From a bacterium (GTDB taxonomy: Bacteria > SZUA-182 > DTGQ01), in NCBI GenBank assembly GCA_040752695.1, contig JBFMGO010000050.1:21964-36976 (forward strand): a stretch of DNA of 15,013 bases, given 5' to 3'. The position numbers and the translations under genes were made by a program. This document shows positions 7,816-14,974 of the stretch, one piece after another; the stretch's first letter is position 1; each line of letters starts with the position of its first letter. Below the pieces are notes generated by a model that worked only from the letters and a program-made list of their open reading frames with translations, was not told where the DNA came from and did not search any database.

Positions 7816-10632
7816 TTATATGCTCTTCTGGCTCAGTCCGTACTTTTTCATCTTTCGCCAGATGGTGGGTCTGCTGATGTTCAGCTTTTGCATGACCATG
7901 CCAAGATTCCAGCCGTATTCCTCCAGAGCGTTCAGCAGGATGTCCTTTTCGATCTCATCCCTGCAGAGGCCGCTCTTTACTCCGGCCCTGATGATATCAC
8001 TGGTCTTATGCTCAGTTATATTGCAGGGAAGATGCTTGGGCAGAATAGAGGTTTTATTGCATCTGACAAAGGCATGCTCGATAACATGCTCTAACTCCCG
8101 CACATTTCCCGGCCAAGGGTAGTGAGTCAGAATGCTCATGGCATCCCTGGACAAATCGGTAATTCCCTTGTTGGTTTGCTGGTTAAATTTCTCAATGAAG
8201 TGAGTCACCAAAAGGGGAAGATCGTCCATTCGCTCGCGCAAGGGAGGGAGCCTGATCTCAACTACATTCAGGCGGTAAAAAAGATCCTCCCGGAACTTTC
8301 CTTTGAAAGCCTCCTCTTTCAGGTCTTTATTGGTGGCAGCGATGATCCGCACATCCACCTTAATGGTTTTCTCTCCGCCGACCTTCTCAAATTCCCGCTC
8401 CTGCAATACCCGCAGAAGCTTGGTCTGGATATTGAGGCTCATGTCACCCACTTCATCCAGAAAGAGGGTACCTCCATTGGCCAATTCAAACCGACCGGTC
8501 TTGTCCTTGACAGCACCGGTAAAAGCTCCCTTTACATGTCCAAACAGCTCACTTTCCAGAAGATTTTCGGAAAGTACAGAGCAACTGATGCCAATAAAAG
8601 GTCCTTTAGCCCACGGTCCCTGGTAATGAATAGCCCTGGCTGCCAGTTCTTTCCCTGTCCCGCTCTCACCCTGGATCAGGACAGTGGCTTTACTCTGGGA
8701 TACTGCCTCAATCAATTCGTAGATTTCCTGCATCTTCTGGTTCCTGCCGATAATCTCCCCAAATCTGAAGCGCTTGGTCAGGGAGAGCATCCGCAGCCGC
8801 TCCGATTCCAGCAGTTGCTCTTCCAGTCTTTTTCTCTCGGTAATATCCCGGTAGACGCCCATGATCTGCGTTTCCTGTCCTTCCCGGTCAAATACCGCCG
8901 ATTCATTAGCCTCCAGCAGGATCTTATCCCCCTGCCTGGTTTCACATTCAAGCAAGTGGGGTCGCAGGCGGCTCTGCAAGTCTCCCTGACCCCCGATTTC
9001 CTTTCGCCAGGGATCATTGGCCGGGCTCTCGGTAAGAAATTGCTGAAATGGTCGCTGGCAGAACTCTTCCGCCCGGTATCCCAAAAGGTTTTCAACCGAT
9101 TCGCTCACAAATAAAACCGTACCCTGAAAATCCTGCACCATGATCAGGTCCTTGGTGTGGCTTACCAGAGTGCGATACTTTTTTTCCGAGGCTACCAGCT
9201 TTTCCTCCAGTTCCTTTTCCTTGGTAACATCCCTGATAATTTCCACGATGGACTTTGTTTTATCATGCTTGATCAGAGGAGCTGCACTGATCTCATACCA
9301 CCGGTTTCTGTGGCAGTCATGACAGTGAAAAAGTATCTGTTCCGAGGAAGATCGCCCCTGATCCGATAGCTGGCAAGAGGAACAGGGGCGGTCGCAGCCG
9401 CACAATACCTGAAAGCATCGCCTCCCGATCTGCTTGCCGAAACGGGAGATGGCGGGCTGGTTCATAAACTCCACCTGATAATCACCGTTAATGACCAAAA
9501 CAGCATCAGCCATGCTGTCAAAGAGGTTGTGAAGACTGTCTCTCTCCCTTTTGATCTCCTCTTCGAGCTCCACCCGCTTTTTCAAAAACTTGGTTTCAGC
9601 CTCCAGGAGACTCCGCTTCTTGTTAGAGTAATGGAGAAGATATCCGCCCAAGCCAAAAATACCGAAGATGGCCAGGGTAAGGAAAAACATATTCCGGTGA
9701 TTATTTTTGATCGGAGAATAGAGGGAAAGATAAGGGGTGGTTATCCCTACCAGCCACTTTTTGGAACCGATCAGAAAAGGGGTGAAGGCATAGAGTTCCT
9801 GTTCACTGCCCCAGAAGGGAGAGATCCCCGTGGTCTCCAGCCCTTTTTTGATAGCCGAATCAGGGATCTTTTGACCTGCCGATGGCTGACCTCCTCCCTC
9901 CAATCGGGTTTTCCCCATAATATCTCGGTAATTTTTTAGAATCAGACTCCGATCATGATGGTAGATAATTAATCCGTCCTGATCAATAATCCAGATGTTC
10001 TCCTTTTTTCCTTGCATCTTTTCTTCCAGACCCAGAGGTTGGAGAAACAATCCCGTCAGGGTGTCCATGCGGATAATGCAGCGAAGCACTCCCACCACTT
10101 CCTTCTCCTGGCCGATTCGGAAGATGGGCTGATTTATGGCCAGAACATAATCCCCATACCCCGTAGTAAAACACTGACCGATGGTGGTCTTTTTGCTCTG
10201 GCAAGCCTCTCTCACGCACTGGACATTTTCCATGTCTTTTCCAATCTCCTCTTCAGCGAATGGGAAGATATATTGAATCTTCCCATTCCGGTCAATCTTG
10301 CAGATTGAATTTATCCTGCCGCCGAAGATGCGATAGAAATCCTGGCATGGTTCCGCATAGGCCGAAGTCTCATCCTGACGTAAAGCGTTCAGGCTGCTCA
10401 GATGGACAATCTCCCGATTCAGTTGATTAACAATCTGCTGCATGCCGGCGGCTACCGTTTTGACCAGGTAGAGCTGATCCTGATGGAATGACCGGATTAT
10501 AGTCTCTGAAAAGTGATGGCTCATCCTGAGGAAAAGAATGATTATGATTATCAAAAGGACAAGAAAGATAGATACAACCAGAAAATGGAACCTGGTCTGA
10601 GATAGATTGATCCGAGATAGAAAGGGCTTCAT
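7816..10632 (-). CDS. Membrane-anchored sigma54-dependent activator: TM-Cache-TM-PAS-PAS-AAA+-Fis-type HTH
   Basis: Two hydrophobic helices flank a Cache-like region (IWIIDQDGLIIYHHD...KWLVGITTPY). Two PAS domains end in IIRDVT and VYRDITERK. AAA+ motifs are intact: GESGTGKE, ESELFGHVKGAFTGA, FLDEV, FREDLFYRLNV, WPGNVREL. HTH reads LNISRPTIWRKMKKYGL. RBS is aggggggt. Confidence 0.95.
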   Translation of the reverse strand: MKPFLSRINLSQTRFHFLVVSIFLVLLIIIIILFLRMSHHFSETIIRSFHQDQLYLVKTVAAGMQQIVNQLNREIVHLSSLNALRQDETSAYAEPCQDFYRIFGGRINSICKIDRNGKIQYIFPFAEEEIGKDMENVQCVREACQSKKTTIGQCFTTGYGDYVLAINQPIFRIGQEKEVVGVLRCIIRMDTLTGLFLQPLGLEEKMQGKKENIWIIDQDGLIIYHHDRSLILKNYRDIMGKTRLEGGGQPSAGQKIPDSAIKKGLETTGISPFWGSEQELYAFTPFLIGSKKWLVGITTPYLSLYSPIKNNHRNMFFLTLAIFGIFGLGGYLLHYSNKKRSLLEAETKFLKKRVELEEEIKRERDSLHNLFDSMADAVLVINGDYQVEFMNQPAISRFGKQIGRRCFQVLCGCDRPCSSCQLSDQGRSSSEQILFHCHDCHRNRWYEISAAPLIKHDKTKSIVEIIRDVTKEKELEEKLVASEKKYRTLVSHTKDLIMVQDFQGTVLFVSESVENLLGYRAEEFCQRPFQQFLTESPANDPWRKEIGGQGDLQSRLRPHLLECETRQGDKILLEANESAVFDREGQETQIMGVYRDITERKRLEEQLLESERLRMLSLTKRFRFGEIIGRNQKMQEIYELIEAVSQSKATVLIQGESGTGKELAARAIHYQGPWAKGPFIGISCSVLSENLLESELFGHVKGAFTGAVKDKTGRFELANGGTLFLDEVGDMSLNIQTKLLRVLQEREFEKVGGEKTIKVDVRIIAATNKDLKEEAFKGKFREDLFYRLNVVEIRLPPLRERMDDLPLLVTHFIEKFNQQTNKGITDLSRDAMSILTHYPWPGNVRELEHVIEHAFVRCNKTSILPKHLPCNITEHKTSDIIRAGVKSGLCRDEIEKDILLNALEEYGWNLGMVMQKLNISRPTIWRKMKKYGLSQKSI

Positions 10633-10716
10633 TTTTTACCCCCCTGTTTTCGAAGAGGTGAAACTCCTTATTCCATCAGCGGCCCTAAGCGGAGAAATAC
10701 CTTGAATACCGATCGG

Positions 10717-11097
10717 TTAAGAGAGCGAACTGAGGGAAGATATTTTAGCCCTTTTCGTACAAAGGGTATCCCGGTTCACACTCTTCATGAGTTCCCTGTC
10801 CATTTGTGTCTGGGTGTGATCCTCGAGCCAGGAATCAAGGTGATGAAGCATAACCGATGTATAAGGATTTTTATTTCCATCTGTAATAAGCTGATAGTTT
10901 ACCCACTGGCCGCATTTTTCACGCTCGACCAGGCCCGCATCTTCCAGAATCTTCAAGTGACGGGAGACACTGGACTGGGCAATCCCTAATATCTCCTGAA
11001 GCTCGCAAACACACAGGCTTTTCTTTTGCAGCATCTTGATGATTCGTACCCTGGTCGTATCCGCCAGTGCCTTAAAGGTCCTCATTAATTCTTTCAA
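10717..11097 (-). CDS. arsR: ArsR/SmtB-family metalloregulatory repressor
   Basis: FKALADTTRVRIIKML..KSLCVCEL..ILGIAQSSVSRHLKILEDAGLV. LCVCEL matches the ELCVCDL As(III)/Sb(III) site. TTG start with gaggt RBS. Confidence 0.9.
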   Translation of the reverse strand: MKELMRTFKALADTTRVRIIKMLQKKSLCVCELQEILGIAQSSVSRHLKILEDAGLVEREKCGQWVNYQLITDGNKNPYTSVMLHHLDSWLEDHTQTQMDRELMKSVNRDTLCTKRAKISSLSSLS

Positions 11098-11151
11098 GTG
11101 ACTTACCTCGCAACTGACTGCTCTCCTTATTTACCAGAAAAAACACGGGGG

Positions 11152-11213
11152 GATAAATCGATTTATCTAGATATCTAAATATAAGTATAGAGCACTGTCC
11201 CTGATGGAGTCAA
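11152..11213 (-). promoter_or_regulatory. arsR sigma70 promoter TTGACT-N18-TATACT with downstream dyads (putative autorepression operator)
   Basis: -35 at 11213-11208 and -10 at 11189-11184. An 8/9 dyad TATCTAGAT/ATCTAAATA at 11164-11181 covers the expected start site, and a perfect 16-bp palindrome GATAAATCGATTTATC lies at 11152-11167. Confidence 0.7.
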
Positions 11214-11243
11214 GCTTATAACATGCATTAAAAAATAAGGGGG

Positions 11244-11285
11244 AACAAATGATAGAGGCTACCAATACAAAGGTAGCCTCTATCA
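11244..11285 (-). terminator. Strong hairpin, likely minus-strand intrinsic terminator upstream of the arsR promoter
   Basis: Perfect 14-bp stem tgatagaggctacc/ggtagcctctatca with an 8-nt loop, followed on the minus strand by TTTGTT. Confidence 0.65.
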
Positions 11286-11494
11286 CCAATACGCTTTTTG
11301 GCGCAAACATTCCATAACCATCAAGAAAGCATGAGGAAGATAATGAGTAAGATAATGAAGGAGTCTTTCCGATGACAAAGGGGTATGGTTATCTGCCGAC
11401 CGGAAAAACAGGAGAAGAATTGACATACTCAAATTTCTTTGGCGGTTATGACTTTCGTTGTATGAGAGTGATTATTCATGTTTTTTCATTGATA

Positions 11495-11526
11495 TTTCAA
11501 TAATGAAAATGGTTTTAACTCTGAAA
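11495..11526. promoter_or_regulatory. Putative enhancer (UAS) for sigma54 promoter 1: TTTCA-ataa-TGAAA-atgg-TTTTA-actc-TGAAA
   Basis: Two dyads with an 18-bp period; 28/33 identical to 13931-13963; ends ~114 bp upstream of the -24 GG. Confidence 0.7.
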
Positions 11527-11638
11527 TCAAATTCGGACAATGTCTTATCTCCTTGTAGAACAGATAGACGAATTTGTTAACATCATCTATCAGATATCTA
11601 TATACCTGACTGGCTTCATCAGGATTTGCTTACTATTT

Positions 11639-11654
11639 TGGCATCTAAATTGCT
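11639..11654 (+). promoter_or_regulatory. Sigma54 (-24/-12) promoter TGGCATCTAAATTGCT
   Basis: GG-N10-GC matching TGGCAC-N5-TTGCW at all but one conserved position; predicted +1 ~11665. Confidence 0.8.
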
Positions 11655-11738
11655 TTTCTTTATTATAGAGCTCGCTATAAGAGTTCATAACTTAAACTTA
11701 TTGAATCTTATTTGAGCTATTTGAAAGGGGTGATGAAA

Positions 11739-11936
11739 ATGTTTATTGCATTTATAACATTTCTCATGGTTTCTATTCTTTTGATCGCACTGTGCCTACT
11801 CTGCGTCTCACTTGCCAATTTCAGCCTCAAGGAGGAGGATAACATTCCGGAAAAGGACCGGTTAATATATCATGGGATGGAGGACCAATTAATAAGTCCC
11901 GTGATAGCTGATAACCTTGTCTACCATACTTGTTGA
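11739..11936 (+). CDS. Small single-pass membrane protein (65 aa)
   Basis: RBS aaaggggtga before the ATG at 11739 (alternative 11733). N-terminal hydrophobic helix FIAFITFLMVSILLIALCLLCVSL and an acidic tail. It lies just downstream of the sigma54 promoter. Confidence 0.65.
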   Translation: MFIAFITFLMVSILLIALCLLCVSLANFSLKEEDNIPEKDRLIYHGMEDQLISPVIADNLVYHTC

Positions 11937-12162
11937 GAGTGGGAAAAAGTACATAAAGCCATTTGCCTTGTGATTCCGATAGATTAACACCCAGTAATCA
12001 TAGCCGTAACCGCAATAATTCTCCTGATATCAAGATAACATAGTGCAATATCTAACGATGCAATATCTCACAAAGTCAAAAATTGGAAGGGGAAACCAAG
12101 GTGTTGAATTATTTAATAAGTATAAAAAATTTAGACAGTTGAATAATGGGTGAGGGTTCTTC

Positions 12163-13743
12163 ATGTTCAGCTTCACGATAAGACCAAGGGTATTGATCGT
12201 CCAGCCGGGAAAAGACATTGACGGCCATATAGGAAAACTCTTGGCAGAGAAAAATTGCCAGGTAGAGGAAACTGATGGTCTGGACACAGGAGCAAGGATA
12301 ATCAAGACCTTGTCATTTGACGCCGTAATTTTAGACCTAGATCCATCTTATGAAGATCATTTTTCCCAATTCATCAGGGAGTATGAAACAGGACCTCCCT
12401 TAATCTTGATTAGCGATTCCTCCCAAAAGCTGGTCAATGAAAAAAGGCTGGGTTACCCAATTTATGACTGCCTTGTCCGTCCGGTATCAGACCTTGATAT
12501 CAGTAAAATAGCCCAAGAGCTCACAGATCGGAAACTCCTCTTAGAAGAAAACAGACTCCTGAAAGAGCGCTTAAAGGCTTTAGAGAAACATACTAACCGG
12601 CTCTTTACCGAACTGGAAGATAAGGTTATGAGAAATACCAGGGAGATAGCTGAAAAGAAGGAGGTTTTACAAAAAATATTTAACCGGACTGATGGAGAAA
12701 TTATCTTAGTTGATAAAAACAATCATATTATCCAGACCAATAACCATACGGTTGGTCAGCCTATAGAGATGACGTCGGATCAGATCACTGATGAAAAACC
12801 AATCATGGCCGCGGATCTTCAAAATGACTCCGAGGACTGGCCGGGGTATCGGGCCATGAAAACAGGAAAGACTATAAGTATTGAGAAGACTGCGGCTGAA
12901 GGTAAAGACAGGATTATCCGGCAAACAGCCTTTCCCGTGTTTGATAGCAATATGGAAGAAATCTGGGGATTTGTTCAGTTTAACCAGGATGTGACTGAGG
13001 AAAGGATTGAGCAGGATCGATTGATTCAGTTAGAGAAGATAAAAGTTATCGAAAAGCTGGCAACGTTTTTCTCCTGCAATCTTCAAACTCTGCCTGTGGT
13101 CGCTCATGATATGATCAATAAGCTCGCCAAAAGGCTGAAGAAAAAGGATGCCGAACTTAAAGATTTTCTTCAGTTGCTCGATCATCAGGTAATCCGGGCT
13201 GAGGATTATATGGCAGATCTGTTTTATGTTTTAAACCAGGGACCTGATGGCGCAGCTTTAATAAATGTAAACGATCTCCTTCAGGTAATTCTGAGCCAGA
13301 ATAAACAAGCCAAAACAACGCCTGAAAGGATAAATGTCGTGTTTGAGCCGGTGAAGGGCATTCCCCCCCTGGTCAGAGTAAACCGGTCTCAACTGGCCAG
13401 GGTTTTTGCCCATCTTATCGATAACGCCTTTGATAGTATGCAGACAGGCGGTGAATTGAAGGTCGTTACCCGAAAAAAGGATTCTGAAAAGGATTCTGAA
13501 GTTGAAATTGAATTTTCCGATACCGGAACCGGCATACCTGAAGAGATAAGGGATAAAATCTTTGAGCCATTCTTTACGACTAAAGCAAAGAGACTCGGCC
13601 TTGGTCTCTACGTATGTAAATCTATCCTTGAAAAATATTATGGCAGGCTTATTCTTCGCCATAACCAGACACCTGACCGCCCTACCTCCTTTATCGTCAA
13701 CATACCTGTCAGTCGTCTTGACTGCCATGCCTGCAAGAGATGA
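12163..13743 (+). CDS. Hybrid sensor kinase-like protein: atypical REC - coiled coil - PAS - degenerate HisKA - HATPase_c
   Basis: REC-like RVLIV...FDAVILDL...PLILIS...LVRP; PAS ending FNQDVTE; ATPase boxes HLIDNAFDSM, FSDTGTGI, IFEPFFTTK, LGLGL. Confidence 0.88.
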   Translation: MFSFTIRPRVLIVQPGKDIDGHIGKLLAEKNCQVEETDGLDTGARIIKTLSFDAVILDLDPSYEDHFSQFIREYETGPPLILISDSSQKLVNEKRLGYPIYDCLVRPVSDLDISKIAQELTDRKLLLEENRLLKERLKALEKHTNRLFTELEDKVMRNTREIAEKKEVLQKIFNRTDGEIILVDKNNHIIQTNNHTVGQPIEMTSDQITDEKPIMAADLQNDSEDWPGYRAMKTGKTISIEKTAAEGKDRIIRQTAFPVFDSNMEEIWGFVQFNQDVTEERIEQDRLIQLEKIKVIEKLATFFSCNLQTLPVVAHDMINKLAKRLKKKDAELKDFLQLLDHQVIRAEDYMADLFYVLNQGPDGAALINVNDLLQVILSQNKQAKTTPERINVVFEPVKGIPPLVRVNRSQLARVFAHLIDNAFDSMQTGGELKVVTRKKDSEKDSEVEIEFSDTGTGIPEEIRDKIFEPFFTTKAKRLGLGLYVCKSILEKYYGRLILRHNQTPDRPTSFIVNIPVSRLDCHACKR

Positions 13744-13773
13744 ATCCCTTGCCGATCACATCTATATCTCTGA

Positions 13774-13829
13774 TATCTTTACCTTTGATCAGATGCTCTA
13801 TCTTTACCTTGACCTTTGATCAGATGTTC
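13774..13829. repeat. Imperfect 25-bp tandem repeat, second copy with a 6-nt internal duplication
   Basis: tatctttacctttgatcagatgctc (13774-13798) versus tatctttacctt[gacctt]tgatcagatgttc (13799-13829). Confidence 0.85.
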
Positions 13830-13930
13830 CGATCTTTTTCCGCAATGCCTTGGTGGGGTGAGATAGCAAGCCAGGATATGCCCTGAAAAATACTCTTCCT
13901 ACTACTAATGGGTGAAAGCTTTTATAAACT

Positions 13931-13962
13931 TTTCAAAGTTGAAAATGGTTTCACCTCTGAAA
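13931..13962. promoter_or_regulatory. Putative enhancer (UAS) for sigma54 promoter 2: TTTCA-aagt-TGAAA-atgg-TTTCA-cctc-TGAAA
   Basis: Two perfect 5-4-5 dyads with an 18-bp period; matches 11495-11526; ends ~148 bp upstream of the -24 GG. Confidence 0.72.
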
Positions 13963-14108
13963 TAAAGAAAACTTATATAAAATCAATCAATAGGTTTTGG
14001 TTATAGTCTCTATCATGAATTACAATACAGCCCATTTTTCAAGGAGAGCTTTGTGGTTCATCTTTATTCGAACTGTCGAGATAAGCTGTCATTTCTTGAT
14101 TCCCAATA

Positions 14109-14124
14109 TGGCACATAAGTTGCT
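14109..14124 (+). promoter_or_regulatory. Sigma54 (-24/-12) promoter TGGCACATAAGTTGCT
   Basis: Exact TGGCAC-N5-TTGCT consensus; predicted +1 ~14135. Confidence 0.85.
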
Positions 14125-14134
14125 GTAGCAGTGA

Positions 14135-14520
14135 GCTATAGAGATTGAGTAGTTGCTCAATAATTATTGAGAGAAGAGATTTACAGATATGCTGCTCATG
14201 CTGCTTCTTGAGCGGCTGAGCAAAAATTATCAGATACGGGACCACTTGCTAATAGGCCGGAAGGTAGCTGAATATCGCAGGGAACGAAGCCATTTTGAGA
14301 TGGAAGGAGGTGAAAGGAACTGAGGATATCTAATGCCTTAGCAAGTCACTCAGATCGTGGAAGGAAGTACATGAGTCGAGGTTAGTGTGTGGAATGAACA
14401 AATCGGCTTTTATGGATGGCTTATCAGACTGTATTTTGACGAAATCATCTGAACGTTTCCCTAACGCAACTTTTTCAATAATTCTCTGAAAAGTCAAGGC
14501 ATCGGGAACTGCTCTTGAGA
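14135..14520 (+). ncRNA. Candidate sigma54-dependent structured, GGA-rich RNA (CsrB/RsmY-like sponge or long leader); 3' end uncertain
   Basis: No plus-strand ORF >=60 aa lies between the promoter and the Tyr-Gly gene. Hairpins occur at ~14144-14161 and 14193-14222. There are 11 GGA triplets in 14239-14416 and another in a loop at 14505. Confidence 0.4.
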
Positions 14521-14670
14521 TTGATTCTTTCCAGGTAATTCCCAATCATAATCAGTACAAGGCTAACTATTCGACTTGATGAGGTTCATTTTTCCCAGTA
14601 ATACAATACCATTTAGCAACATCTCTCAACAGTTTTTATTTTACAGGCTATTTTGTTTTGGGAGGGTAAG

Positions 14671-14919
14671 ATGATGAAAAATTTAAAATTTAATCTTATG
14701 TTAAAGATATTGGTATTGTTAATAACCATCTCTTTTTCAACCTTAATGCCGAATTATGGCCATGCCTATTATGGTGCTCTGTATGGCGGCATATATGGCC
14801 TGTATGGCATGGGCGGACTGTACGGCATGTACGGTGGGATATATGGCTTGTACGGTATGTATGGCCTCTATGGCATGTATGGCGGACGTGTGCTTCCGGT
14901 AAGCGTGCATGAAAATTAG
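14671..14919 (+). CDS. Secreted Tyr/Gly-rich repeat peptide (82 aa)
   Basis: RBS gggagggt before the ATG. Signal-peptide-like N-terminus ends ...NYGHA. The mature part is YYGALYGGIYGLYGMGGLYGMYGGIYGLYGMYGLYGMYGG, with synonymous codon variation among repeats. Confidence 0.8.
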   Translation: MMKNLKFNLMLKILVLLITISFSTLMPNYGHAYYGALYGGIYGLYGMGGLYGMYGGIYGLYGMYGLYGMYGGRVLPVSVHEN

Positions 14920-14974
14920 ATAAGAAAGCATTATCATAGGTTATCCAAGAGAATAAGATAAGGGAGGATAATCT

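Noticed and set aside
9310..9324. CHDCH as a c-type heme (CxxCH) site
   Set aside because: It lies after the second TM helix in a cytoplasmic PAS domain, not accessible to periplasmic cytochrome c maturation.
5582..10308. Plus-strand ORFs (e.g. 5582-6187, 8122-9114, 9529-9939)
   Set aside because: Antisense shadows of well-supported minus-strand genes.
11372..11503. 43-aa plus-strand ORF with an AAGGAG SD (MTKGYGYLPTG...)
   Set aside because: No motif or identifiable promoter, and it runs into the putative enhancer; possible but unsupported.
11611..11630. tggcttcatcaggatttgct as another sigma54 promoter
   Set aside because: GG-to-GC spacing is 14 nt rather than the required 10.
14193..14226. 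Hairpin plus A-run as an intrinsic terminator
   Set aside because: No U-tract follows the stem on either strand; the A-run is on the wrong side for a minus-strand terminator.
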